From: a virus | Lineage: Duplodnaviria; Caudoviricetes | IMG/VR virus record: IMGVR_UViG_2885028616_000003 | Location: 46,985 to 110,984 of that record | Length of the DNA: 64,000 nt | Strand: one strand, 5' to 3' | Part shown: positions 38,479 through 48,431 of the stretch, in pieces | How positions within the stretch are numbered: position 1 is the first letter of the stretch | Layout of the letters: every line of letters starts with the position of its first letter | The notes under the pieces: generated by a model | What the model saw: only the letters and a program-made list of their open reading frames with translations | The model's database searches: none | Told to the model about the DNA's origin: nothing | Made by a program: the position numbers and the translations under genes

Positions 38479-39221
38479 CAGGACTCCTTCGGCGGGGTGT
38501 GGTCGAGTGCGGGGCGGAGGTCGGCGACGGTGATGCCGCGGTCGGCGTCGCGGTTGATGCGGTCGCGGAGCGCGACGAGCTGGGTGTCGTCGACGGTGAG
38601 GGCCAGGCGTGCGGCGTCTTCGGTGGCGTAGGTGCCGGTGAGCCAGCCGCCGTGGTCGGCGATGACGTAGCGGCCGGTGTCGGTGAGGTAGGCGACGCCG
38701 TGCTCGGCCATGCGCGGCGGGCCTGCGGCGGTGGCCTGCGGTTCGAGTGTGGCGCGGGGCACGCCGAGCGCGGAGGCGAGGGCGTCCAGGCTCTCGGGCA
38801 GCGGCGCCGTGTCGCCGGTCTCGATGTTGCGGACGGTCTCGCGGGTCAGCCCGGCGGCCCTGCCGAGTTCGGCGAGCGTCCATCCCCGGGCGGTGCGGAG
38901 TTCGTGCACGCGGAGGCCGGGGCGGGGCGCGGTTCCGGTGAGGGCCGTGTCGAGGCGGTCGGCCCATGCGCGGGTTCCGGGGGTCTTGCGCATGGCGTCG
39001 AGCACCTCGCGCACGCGCTCGACGGCGGCCTCGGCCTGGTCGGCGTACTTGCCGAGCTGCTCGACGGCGTACAGAAGGAGCGGCACGTCCTCCACGTTGA
39101 TCTGGATCAGGAGGCGCAGGTCGGGCTCGAACGCTGCCCGCGCGTTGCGGCGCCGCATCTCGGCGATGCGCTCGGCGTCGGGCAGCAGAGGATCTGTGCG
39201 GGCCGTTGTCGGCTCGGTCAT
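38478..39221 (-). CDS. XRE-family HTH-containing protein
   Basis: LRTARGWTLAELGRAAGLTRETVRNIETG...LASALGV. Confidence 0.8.
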   Translation of the reverse strand: MTEPTTARTDPLLPDAERIAEMRRRNARAAFEPDLRLLIQINVEDVPLLLYAVEQLGKYADQAEAAVERVREVLDAMRKTPGTRAWADRLDTALTGTAPRPGLRVHELRTARGWTLAELGRAAGLTRETVRNIETGDTAPLPESLDALASALGVPRATLEPQATAAGPPRMAEHGVAYLTDTGRYVIADHGGWLTGTYATEDAARLALTVDDTQLVALRDRINRDADRGITVADLRPALDHTPPKES

Positions 39222-39814
39222 GCCATCACCCACCACGCGATGCCTACGACTCCCCAGATCACGAAGCCGATGAGCGTGGCAGCGAGGGCGCGCTTCAGCC
39301 ACCGGTCGACGCGGCTGCGGGCGTCCCGCTCGGCCTCGGTGAGCACCTCCTCTACGACGGGAAGCACGGCGTCGGCGAACCGTGCGCGGTCCTCCGGTAG
39401 CAGTTGCGCCCAGGCGTCGGCCTGTTGGAGCGCTTCGGTGAGCCGCTCGCGCAGGCCACCAGCGGGCGGGCACAGCGCGGCCAGGTCGCCCGCCTTGGCC
39501 GGGCGCGGGTCGGTCCACTGCGTCCCGTTGGCGTCCTCGTGGACGGGCCCGTCGTGGTCGCGGCGCAGGACGCAGGGGCCGATGTAGGGCACGAGGTAGT
39601 GGAACCCGATGCGGCTGGACGCGCCGCACCGCTCGTGGGGTGCATCGGGGCGGGGCTCGGTCGGCTCGGTCTCGTGGTCCTTGCGGTCGAGCAGGTTCCG
39701 CTCCCAGTCGGCGAGGGGTTCGTCGAGGCATGCGGCGCCGTCCGGGTGGCGGCCGAGGCAGTCGGGGCACACGTTCCAGCGGACCGGCGGTCGGGGCGTG
39801 GTCGGCTCAGCCAT
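39218..39814 (-). CDS. Hypothetical protein with C-terminal TM helix
   Basis: 198 aa; C.LRRDH.G..H motif. Confidence 0.65.
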   Translation of the reverse strand: MAEPTTPRPPVRWNVCPDCLGRHPDGAACLDEPLADWERNLLDRKDHETEPTEPRPDAPHERCGASSRIGFHYLVPYIGPCVLRRDHDGPVHEDANGTQWTDPRPAKAGDLAALCPPAGGLRERLTEALQQADAWAQLLPEDRARFADAVLPVVEEVLTEAERDARSRVDRWLKRALAATLIGFVIWGVVGIAWWVMA

Positions 39815-40105
39815 GGTCGGGCTCCTCGTCTGGGAACTCGCGGTCGCGCTCTGCCTCTACGGACTTGGCGGCGTCACGGAGGAGTGCGGCGAGGTCGGTC
39901 ATCGCCTGGCGTTCGTCGCTGAGGCTGATCTGTCCGGTGGCGATGGGGTTGAGGTAGACGCCGTCGTCGATCGCGATCGTGATCTCTTTGCGTGCCGTCG
40001 TGCGGGCCGCTGTGGGCCCCGCGCCCGCCCCGCCTTCTCCATGCCCGCCCGTGGGGCCGTTCGCGGCTGTGGGGGCGTCTGAGGCGCGCGTGGCGGGTGT
40101 GTCGC

Positions 40106-40402
40106 TCACCGGGCCTCCTCGTACGTCTCGGTGAACACGTCATCCGCGCACGGGTAGAACTCTCCCTTGATGCCCCGGATCACCCACTGGCCGGTCTCGA
40201 CGCCGACCCAGGTGTGGTGCAGCTTGTCGTACACCTGCGCCGTGTTCGGGGGCGGCGGGAGGTGCTCCAGATGCGGCGGGTAGGGCGTGGGCGGCAGCAC
40301 CGTGAAACCGCCCTCGGTGAAGGCGATCAGCTCCATCTCGTTGTGGCCGTCCCAGCGGACGGCCTCGATCTCGACGGGCTTCTTACGGAAACGCTCAGGC
40401 AC
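40106..40402 (-). CDS. Conserved phage protein (RKKPVEIEA family)
   Basis: RFRKKPVEIEAVRWDG...GQWVIRG..GEFYPC..DVF..TYE. Confidence 0.82.
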   Translation of the reverse strand: MPERFRKKPVEIEAVRWDGHNEMELIAFTEGGFTVLPPTPYPPHLEHLPPPPNTAQVYDKLHHTWVGVETGQWVIRGIKGEFYPCADDVFTETYEEAR

Positions 40403-41951
40403 GGGGCTCTCCTTCGGGTGGGCGGCGGAGGCGCCGCGGGAACTGGATGACGTCGCGCCGACCATCCGACCGGCGCACGAGGACGTTCCGCGGCCCCGCC
40501 TTCACCCGACCGTGCCAGTGCAGCCAGGACGGGCACGGCGCCGGCGGATGCGCGCGGGAGGTGCCACGCCACTGCGCGAGGACGGTCACGGGCTCGGGCG
40601 GGCGCCGGTAGCCGGAGAGGCGGTCGCCCGGGTCGAGGTAGGTCCGGCCAAGGATGCTCACGACCCGGCCCCTGACGTTCCGGGCCCGGAGACCAGCCGG
40701 TACCCGGTCCGCCGCTCCAGCCCGGCCGCCGTCACCCCGGACGCGTAGAGCTGACGCGTGGCCAGCGACCGCTCACGGACCCCGCGGCCGTCCTCGAGGA
40801 GGGTGACGACCTGGACTTTGCTGTAGCCGGGGAGCCACCGGTCGCCCGGGTCACCGACGACCCGGATCCGGGTGCGGACGGGTTCGCCGTCCACGAGGTA
40901 GGTGGGCTGGCAGGACTCGTACACCTGCCCCGGCGCGATGGCGTGCGCGGACTCGGCGTTCCGAGCCTCGCGCGGCGCTGAGATCGCCTGTGACGGCTCC
41001 GGAGCGTCCCGGCCCTGTCGCGATACGTGATCGGCGGTGCTCGCGGCGCCGTGATCGGATCCGGGGCTGCCAGCCCCATCCCCGCCCCGCCAGGTCCCTT
41101 CTCCGGTCACAGGTCGCCGCCCATCGCCGCCACCAGGCCGGCCACGGCGTCGGCGTCGGAGCGGGACCGGACCACCACGCGTGGCGTCATGCCGGGGCGC
41201 GGGACGGTCAGCACGATCTGCTGGTCGCCCTTCCCGATCTGTTCGGCGCGGGTCACGAGGTCGTGGACTTGGGGCAGGGGGAGGGTGGCGGTTGCGGTGG
41301 TCATTTCTCCGGTTGTGGTGATCACGGTGAGGGTGATCTGTCGGGTGTCGGTGGTGGGTTGGGGTGTGGCGTCGTTCATGCGTTGTGTCCCTTTTTGACG
41401 GTGGTGGGTTCTCATGGGGCGTACGGCTTTTATAGGCGTTTGTGTCCGTTTAAGTTCGTTCGTTCCTTCTGGCAGTCGGTTATGGCGCGGCCCCGTGGTC
41501 GTCCTCGTACGAGACCGGCTGCTCGTTGCTCATCAGCGCGTTCATTGCCGTTTCGTCGACGCCGCGTCGTTCGGCCCGGATGTGGTCGCGTGCGGCTTCG
41601 CGGGCGACGAGGGCTGTGATCCATTCGGTGAGGGCGAGCGCCCAGGAGCTTCGCGCCCGTTCGGTTTGGATGCCCTTGGGGTTGCGGCGACGGCGTGCGT
41701 CGTATGCGCGGCTGGCGGAGCGTTCGCTGGCGCGTGCTGCGGCGAGACGTCGGTCGGCGTCGTCGGCGGCGGCCTGGGCGGCGCGCAGCTCCGCGCTGAG
41801 GTCTCTGCTCACGGCGATCAGATCTCGCTTTTCCACATCGGCTTCGGCCCGCTTCGCCGCCTTCCAGTTCAGCCACCGGAGACAGAAGCGGGGTCTGGTG
41901 CAGTTGTTTGAAGAGGTGCAGTTGATCTCTTAGGTGCTTGTAAACGTCTGG

Positions 41952-42125
41952 GGGGGTACGGGGCCCACCCCCTTTAGGACCTAAGGGGGTACACAGCCCA
42001 CCCCCTTTGAAGCGGTTAGGGGGTACAGGGCCCACCCCCTTAGTCCAAAGGGGGTATGGAGCCCACCCCCTTTGGACTGGCGGGCGCCCGGTTGTCCACA
42101 GGCCCGAGACGCCGGGTTGTCCACA
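41952..42125. repeat. Putative replication origin: four iterons and two DnaA boxes
   Basis: GGGGGTA-N4-GCCCACCCCCTT at 41952, 41985, 42019, 42050; TTGTCCACA at 42092 and 42117. Confidence 0.85.
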
Positions 42126-42129
42126 GGGA

Positions 42130-42504
42130 TCACGCGACCTCCTCGGCTGCCACGATCCGCGCGAACGCGGGCAGTTCGGGCAGCCGGAAGTCCATCGCGT
42201 GCCCCTTGGCCGCGTACACCGGATCGCCGTTCTTGTCCCGCTTCCACACCACGCGGACATCCAGCCCGCGCTCGGCGAGCCGCTGGAGGATCTTCTTGAG
42301 CCCCTGCGGGGACACCTTCGCTACCTGGCACAGCCGGTCGTACAAGTCGCAGTCGTCGTTCTTGAAACGGCGCATGTCCCGGGCCCGCTCGTCCAGGACA
42401 CGGTCCGCGATCGTCAGGAGCACGGCGAACTCCTTGTCCGACAGCTCCGCGCCCGCAGGCGTACGACGCCACTCGATGACGTCGCCCACGAGCTTCCCGC
42501 TCAA
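42130..42504 (-). CDS. Replication initiator-like winged-helix protein (short)
   Basis: LSDKEFAVLLTIAD...LQRLAERGL..R....K.G.PVYA.KG...FRLP; abuts the iterons. Confidence 0.65.
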   Translation of the reverse strand: MSGKLVGDVIEWRRTPAGAELSDKEFAVLLTIADRVLDERARDMRRFKNDDCDLYDRLCQVAKVSPQGLKKILQRLAERGLDVRVVWKRDKNGDPVYAAKGHAMDFRLPELPAFARIVAAEEVA

Positions 42505-42759
42505 TCCGCAGCCCTCCCACCTCTCTCAGCGCCTGGCTAGCCGTCATATGAGGGCTGGACCTCCTGTCGCTACGACCTGCTGAGAGTCACGTTGCGTAGA
42601 TTGAACATGACCAACTGTAGCGATCTCGGAGCATGATGTCAGGTCATGGCGTATGGTCATTCGGTGATGCTGTGATCGACGCCCCCGAAGCGAGGACATG
42701 CCGTGACTGCACTCCCTCTCCGTGCGAGCATGGCCACCGTGAGTGAGGGAGAGGACTCC

Positions 42760-42972
42760 GTGGAGACCAGGCTGAAGAAGGCCGTGCGCGGGTACCGGCG
42801 CGCCACCCAGGCGCGGATCGAGCTGCACGAAGCCATCAAGGCCGCCGCCGCCGGCGGCAAGACGCCGAAGCAGATCACGTTCCTGATCGACCACGAGTAC
42901 GACGTCGCGCACGTCTCGCGGATCATCCACGGCAAGGTCGGCGGCAAGCGGAAGCCCCCCGCCAAGGACTGA
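42760..42972 (+). CDS. Small HTH-like regulator
   Basis: ELHEAIKAAAAGG..PKQI......Y...HVSRI; GGAGAGGA RBS; divergent from rep. Confidence 0.65.
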   Translation: METRLKKAVRGYRRATQARIELHEAIKAAAAGGKTPKQITFLIDHEYDVAHVSRIIHGKVGGKRKPPAKD

Positions 42973-43047
42973 CCTGCTCGCGCGCCCTCCAGCGCGGCTC
43001 GTGCTGTCCGTCTCCCCCATCGATCCCCCGATCGTCGTTTTTCCTCA

Positions 43048-44066
43048 TGTGGTCTGGTCTGTCGGCTAGGCCGGGGACGGTCAGCGGCGACCAGGCCTGG
43101 CTAGTCGTTCCGGCGCGGTCCGGCTTGCTGCGGTCCGGCTTGTCGTTCTGGCGAGGCCCGTGCAGGGCGCGGCTAGTCGGTTCAGGGGCGGGCACGAGAC
43201 GGGATGGGTAGTCGGGATGGCAGGGCGAGGCTGGTTCTGGCAAGGCAAGTCGTTGCGGCATGGCGAGGACGGGCAGGGCCAGACAAGGCATGTCGGTGTG
43301 GCGAGGTGCGGCTGGGGTCGACGTGAGCTGTCGATCTGGTATGGCATGGCGAGGGCAGGCGAGGATCGGCAAGGCATGGCCTGGGTTGGCGAGTCGGCAT
43401 GGGATGGCGAGGCCGGATTAGGTACGTCGACGCGGTCTGGCGAGGCCGGGCTAGGCCTGTCGGCAGCGGGCAGACGGGGAAAGCAGGAGAAGGGACATGT
43501 CGGACTGAAAGGACCAGGCATGGCGAGTCGGCAAGGGCAGGCTTGGTCGAGACTTGGCGAGAAATGGCGAGTCGTGGCTATGTGGCGAGGACGGGCGGGG
43601 CCAGGCAAGGCAAGTCGGCGCGGCGAGCAGGGGCGGGGCCTGACTTGTCGAACGGGCACGGCGAGGTAAGGCGTGAGTTGGCAAGTCGAAGCGGCCTGGC
43701 ATAGCTCGACATGTCGCTGAGGCCGGGCGGGTGCGAGGCATGGCACGTCGGATGGGCACGGCATGGCACGGTCTGGCATGGCCCGTTCGGGGCCGGGCGA
43801 GAAGGGGCATGTCGGTGTGGCACGGCCCGGGTCGGCGGGGACAGGCGCCGGCGGGACGCGGCAAGGCTTGTCGCCGGAGGCGAGGGCGGGACGCGATGGG
43901 GGCGGGTGCACGTCATGACAAGTCGGCATGGCGAGGCGAGGGTTAGGCACGGACCGGCGAGGCGCGTCGGGCACGGTGCGGCGGGGTCCAAGCGTGGCGC
44001 GATTGGGGCTGTCGGCACGGCCGGGTCTGACCAGGGCGGGCGGGACTGGGCCTGTCGTGTTGGCTA
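43048..44066 (+). repeat. Pentamer-periodic array, 24 units of GTC + (GGY-NN)n; candidate guide-RNA array, not a CRISPR
   Basis: 25 GTCG delimiters between 43061 and 44054; 14 of 24 spacings are 5n+3 and 6 are 5n+4. Confidence 0.85.
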
Positions 44067-44096
44067 GCCGCATCGTGGTTCGCGGCGTCGCGGGTA

Positions 44097-44122
44097 GGCC
44101 GCCCGGACTGTGCCGGGCGGCC
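44097..44122. terminator. Perfect 10 bp hairpin between Cas7-like gene and array
   Basis: GGCCGCCCGG-ACTGTG-CCGGGCGGCC. Confidence 0.6.
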
Positions 44123-44130
44123 CGGTCACG

Positions 44131-44847
44131 CTACTGCTTGTCGAACGCGAGGAGCTCGAACTTGCCGTCCGAGCGGCCCCGGTCCGCGCCGATCCCGATG
44201 TCCTCGCCGCGCTCCCAAATCCGGCCCCAGGCCTCCATCGGCAGGAAGTCGTCGTGGACCCGGACCGTGAACTCCAGAAGCGGCTGCTCCACGTACTCGA
44301 CCCGGTTGATCGAGGAACGCGGCCCCTGCGGGGTCTTCACGTGCTTGATGCGCTCCTCGACCCCGTGCGGCTCCGTCACCCCGAGGTCGATGTACACCTC
44401 GGGGACGAACACCCTTTCGGCGAGGGTGGACATCAGCCCCTTCCGGAACCCCTTGGTGATCTTCGACTTGCCGGGGAAGTCCGTGCCCGGGTAGGCGGAG
44501 TTGGCCCACTCCTTCAGCGCGGCCTTCATGCACCGCCCCTCGTACCCCAGCGCCCCCGTGCCGGGGATGCGCTTGAAGCCGTTGACCGACACTTCCGCGT
44601 CCCCCGACTCCATCACCGCCTGCGCCAGCTCGTCCGCCGACGGCTGCCGGTCGGGGAACCGCTCCTTCAGCGTCGCGTCCGCCAGCTCCTGCAGGTCCCG
44701 GTCCCCCAGCTCCAGGCGGGTCTTCAGCCAGCCCTTGATCACGCTCGGGGACGAGGGGACCCCACCGACCAGCTTGTCGAGAACCTGCAGCCGCACCACG
44801 TACACCGCGACGTCCGACTTGGTCCCGAACACGTCCGTAGCACTCAT
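44131..44847 (-). CDS. Stand-alone Cas7/RAMP-like protein
   Basis: 238 aa; VRLQVLDKLVGGVP, GRCMKAALKE helix, GPRSSINRVE thumb-like segment, C-terminal G-rich loop GIGADRGRSDGKF. Confidence 0.75.
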   Translation of the reverse strand: MSATDVFGTKSDVAVYVVRLQVLDKLVGGVPSSPSVIKGWLKTRLELGDRDLQELADATLKERFPDRQPSADELAQAVMESGDAEVSVNGFKRIPGTGALGYEGRCMKAALKEWANSAYPGTDFPGKSKITKGFRKGLMSTLAERVFVPEVYIDLGVTEPHGVEERIKHVKTPQGPRSSINRVEYVEQPLLEFTVRVHDDFLPMEAWGRIWERGEDIGIGADRGRSDGKFELLAFDKQ

Positions 44848-45260
44848 CGTCCCGTCCCCTCCGAATGGACCGCCATCGCCGGCGCGGCGATCGCGTTCTG
44901 CGTCTTCACGCGCTCGGCTTCGAGTGCGCGCTTCAGAGACCCGTTCACGGTCTCCAAGTCCTTGATCTCGTTGCGGGCCGCCTCCAGGTCCGCCTCCACC
45001 GCAGAGCGGCCCTCGACCTCGCGGCGGACCTCGTCGAGCACGACGCCGGCGCGGCCGTAGGCGGCGAACGTGGCCTTCACCTCGGTCGCCTTCTGCACCG
45101 TCAGGTACAGGTCGAACACCTCGCGCGGGGTCTTGCCGCGCAGGCTCTTGCCGGTGATCGCCTCGATGTTCCGGCGCGCTTTCTCGTCGGTCTTCAGCAG
45201 CTCCACCACGGCGTCGAACTCCTCCGCCGAGTACTCCTGCGCCCTGCGTCGTCTCGCCAT
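44844..45260 (-). CDS. Coiled-coil protein coupled to the Cas7-like gene
   Basis: 138 aa, AGGAG RBS, ATGA overlap with downstream gene. Confidence 0.75.
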   Translation of the reverse strand: MARRRRAQEYSAEEFDAVVELLKTDEKARRNIEAITGKSLRGKTPREVFDLYLTVQKATEVKATFAAYGRAGVVLDEVRREVEGRSAVEADLEAARNEIKDLETVNGSLKRALEAERVKTQNAIAAPAMAVHSEGTGR

Positions 45261-45664
45261 CCCGTCTCCTAACTCGTTGTCTCGCCTGGTGAGGTTCGTG
45301 TGCCGGGCTCACCCCGGCGCGGCCTGGTCCAGGTGCGCCCACTGAGGGCCGGTCGGGCACTCGATGTGCCGCGCGGCGCACCAGTGCAGCCCGGCGACGG
45401 TGACGCCGCCCTCCACGTACGCCAGCGCCGCCAACCCGCGGACCAGAGCGGCGAACGCCGCAGCCGGGCGGCCGTCCTTCGCCCCGTACAGCAGCACGTC
45501 ACCGGCCGCCCCGGCGCGCATCAGCTCCACCACCCACGCGGCGTCGTTCGCGCGCTGCTCGGGGGTCCAGCCGCGGATCTCCTGCATGCGCTGCGGCACC
45601 GCCACCAGCAGGCCAGCGGCGAGGTTCTCGTCCAGGCCCTCGTGCCGGGCGCGCTCGTCCTGCA

Positions 45665-46417
45665 TCACAGCCCCCGTTCCGCGCGGTACTGCGCCGCGAG
45701 CCGCTGCACCGTCCGGTAGCTGAGCCCCATACGCGCGGCAATCTCCTTCTGCACCAAGCCCTGCTCGTGCAGCTCGGTGAACCGGTCGAGCCGCCTCTTG
45801 GCCACATGCGCGGGCGTCTTCTGCGTACCGGCGTTGGCACGGAGTTCGATCCGCCACAACCAGGACGGCTCCTCGCCCTCGTGCCACAGAGCCAGGAAAC
45901 GACGGCGGGCGGCGGTGAGCCGCTGCGCGAATGCGCTGTAGCTGATGCCAAGGGCATCGGCGGCGGCCTGGTGGGTGCCACGCGCAGCGAGAGCGTGCAC
46001 GGCGGACCGCTCGACCGGGGTGAGCTGGGGCCAGATCTGCCACAGGGCCGCCTGGTCGACGATGCGGGCCTCGGGGCTGGGGGTGTGACGGATGACCGTT
46101 TCCCAGTAGATGGCGTACTTGGGCATCGGCCGGTAGTCCTTGGCGGTGCCGTGGTGGTGGAGCTCCTTCTGCAGGTTCCGGGCGATGGCGTTCTGCGCGG
46201 TGATGATCAGTTCGTTGGGGGTGGGGCGCTCGTCGGCGCTGTAGAGGTGTTCGGCGATCGCTGACCAGGCGATGGCGTAGCGGTCGCGGGGATCGGTGGT
46301 GATGCCGTAGAGACGCCGGGTGGAGAACGATGCGAGGCGTTCGAGGTCGGCGAGGTTGTAGCCGTGCCGCAACTCGTGGACGTCGCTGGAGGGTGGAGAG
46401 CAGGCGAGCTGGGTCAT
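45665..46417 (-). CDS. Sigma-factor-like / HTH transcription regulator
   Basis: SPE...VD..AL.QIW..L...ER......A....HQAAADALGIS; second HTH QKEIAARMGLSYRTV. Confidence 0.75.
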   Translation of the reverse strand: MTQLACSPPSSDVHELRHGYNLADLERLASFSTRRLYGITTDPRDRYAIAWSAIAEHLYSADERPTPNELIITAQNAIARNLQKELHHHGTAKDYRPMPKYAIYWETVIRHTPSPEARIVDQAALWQIWPQLTPVERSAVHALAARGTHQAAADALGISYSAFAQRLTAARRRFLALWHEGEEPSWLWRIELRANAGTQKTPAHVAKRRLDRFTELHEQGLVQKEIAARMGLSYRTVQRLAAQYRAERGL

Positions 46418-46820
46418 CCGGGCGTTCCTTCCGGGTGGGGCTGGCTGGTGCGGCGGTGTGCGGCGTCGCGGTCCTTCTGCTCCTGCACCGCCCGCTTCGC
46501 CGCCTCCTGCTCGCCGGGTGAGGCGCGGCGCTTACCGGACGCGACCGCGCGGGCGTCCACCGCCTGCCACGCCAGGCCGCCCTGCGCGGCGTAGGAGTCA
46601 CGCCCGTAGGTCTCGAACGCCGGGCACGACGGGCGCCCGCAGTAGCACCGCGCCGGCGCGCACCGCCCCTCCGGTGGCTCGGGCAGGCCTCGCTCGGCCG
46701 ACGGAGTGTGGTCCAAGCAACGGGGGCCCTGGATGAACAGGCGAGTCGGCGTTGCCCCGCAGGTGCGCTGCTCGGCGTCGGAGTAGTGGACGCATGGTTT
46801 GTCCCACCTGCCGATACCGC

Positions 46821-47324
46821 TCATCGGCGCCTCGCAGCGCTGGGGGTGCCGCCAGCCTCGACGAGCACGGTCACCGACGCCGAGATCTCCTCGACCGTGA
46901 GCAGCAGCCCGAGAGCGTCCGCATAGCCGTGGGCCTGGTCGAGCTGGATGCGGCGCTCCCCGTTCTCCCACATCGTCACGGCCGGGCGCGTCACCCCCAC
47001 CGCTGCCGCGACCTGCGCGACCGGGAGCTCGCGGACGAGGCGGGTCGCGCGGAGCTGCCGCAGCACCGGCAGCCGCCTGTCGTCCTGGGCGCAGGCGGCG
47101 AGCGGCACCGGCACCCCGCTAGCGCCCGGCAGCAGCGCCAGCTCCAGCCCGAGCACCCCGGCGTAGCCGCAGGCACGTTCCAGCGACGGGCACCGGTCTC
47201 CTCGCTCCCAAGACGCCGGCACGCAAGCGGACAACCCGGCGCGTGCGGCGGCGGCGCGCACGCTCAGCCCGAGTGCGCGGCGACGTGCTCGCAGCGCCCG
47301 CACGATCGGCAGCGGCTCACCCAC
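46821..47324 (-). CDS. Tandem XRE HTH protein
   Basis: Two XRE motifs (LRARRRALGLS...WERG; LRATR...VGV...WENG). Confidence 0.78.
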   Translation of the reverse strand: MGEPLPIVRALRARRRALGLSVRAAAARAGLSACVPASWERGDRCPSLERACGYAGVLGLELALLPGASGVPVPLAACAQDDRRLPVLRQLRATRLVRELPVAQVAAAVGVTRPAVTMWENGERRIQLDQAHGYADALGLLLTVEEISASVTVLVEAGGTPSAARRR

Positions 47325-47461
47325 CGGTGCCTCCGCAGCCGGTGCAAGTGCCCTGGCCGTTCAACGCCACCACCCGACCAGCAGCTCGACAGCCAGTTCG
47401 GTGAGGTCGGCGAGCCACTCCCAGCGACGGCTCTTGTCCTTCTTCTTCCGCATTGCGTCTC

Positions 47462-47710
47462 CTAGAACAGGGCGTGCTGGACGACGGGGAGGCCCAGCTC
47501 GAAGGTGTCGATGGCCCAGCCGTCCGCGCGGGCCCGCAAGACCCACTCCTCGGCCATGGCCTGCGCGTTCCTGACCGCCTGCTCGAACCCGACGCCGTGG
47601 TTCTCACCTGCACAGACACAGCGGCAGGTCTTGTACTCGGCGTCATAGCAGGACTTCCCGCACGACCCCGCCACGGAGCCGCCGGCGCGGACGGTCAGGA
47701 CCGCCGTCAT
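47462..47710 (-). CDS. Small Cys-rich protein
   Basis: CGKSCYDA...CRCVCAGENHG. Confidence 0.7.
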   Translation of the reverse strand: MTAVLTVRAGGSVAGSCGKSCYDAEYKTCRCVCAGENHGVGFEQAVRNAQAMAEEWVLRARADGWAIDTFELGLPVVQHALF

Positions 47711-47759
47711 CGGGCCCGGCCTCCGCGCTCCGTGCAGGAACGGCCCTTCGTGCGTGCCC

Positions 47760-48431
47760 TCACGAACGTCCTCCCGCCTGCTGGTCCGGGGGTTCGAAGC
47801 CGGGCTTGGAGGTGATGGCGTCGAGGAACTCGGTGACGGTGATGACTCCGTCGGGAGTGTCGACCTCGATCAGGTCAAGGGCGCGCCACAGCTCGACGTC
47901 GTGCTCGTCGGGGACGATTCCCTGCCGCAGGGTCTCGGCGCGGTGCTCGGAGATCACCCAGGCGAGGCGGAACACCGACGTCACCTGCCGGACCTTGCGC
48001 GCCGGGTTCGGCGGGGCCGGAACGGGCAGGGCTGGTTTCGGGCGGGCGGGCGCCGCCGCGTTGCCGGCGGCGTGTTTGGCCTCGGCGAGACGGCGGCTGA
48101 GGATGCGGCGGTACCCGATCGCGCGGCGCCGCCACTCCTGGTGCTCGCCCTGCGCAGCGAACCACTTGCCCTTGCCCGCAGCCCCCTCCACGTGGCATTC
48201 CTGCCGGTAGCTCTCCATGTCGGCGCGGCGCTCGGCGAGCTGGTCCTCCACGTCCCGGAACGCCGCCCCGAGCACGCCGTGAGTGCGGCGCGCCAACTGC
48301 GGCGACAGCAGCAGATCCCACATGGCGGGCTGCTCGGTGCGGTCGAGGTTGCTCACGATGAGCGTGCGGAACGCGTCGTCGGGCAGGCCGAGCAGGTTCT
48401 GCAGCTGCGCCCCCTCGTCTGTCACGGTCAC
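47760..48431 (-). CDS. Hypothetical protein
   Basis: 223 aa, AGGAGG RBS. Confidence 0.7.
   Translation of the reverse strand: MTVTDEGAQLQNLLGLPDDAFRTLIVSNLDRTEQPAMWDLLLSPQLARRTHGVLGAAFRDVEDQLAERRADMESYRQECHVEGAAGKGKWFAAQGEHQEWRRRAIGYRRILSRRLAEAKHAAGNAAAPARPKPALPVPAPPNPARKVRQVTSVFRLAWVISEHRAETLRQGIVPDEHDVELWRALDLIEVDTPDGVITVTEFLDAITSKPGFEPPDQQAGGRS

Noticed and set aside
43048-44066. CRISPR array call
   Set aside because: No identical 23-47 bp repeats; the constant parts are only GTCG and GGY
43081-44073. Long Arg/Pro/Cys- or Gly/Arg/Trp-rich ORFs on both strands over the pentamer array
   Set aside because: They are translations of the 5-nt periodic repeat (ARHG, PCLA motifs) with no RBS or domain signal
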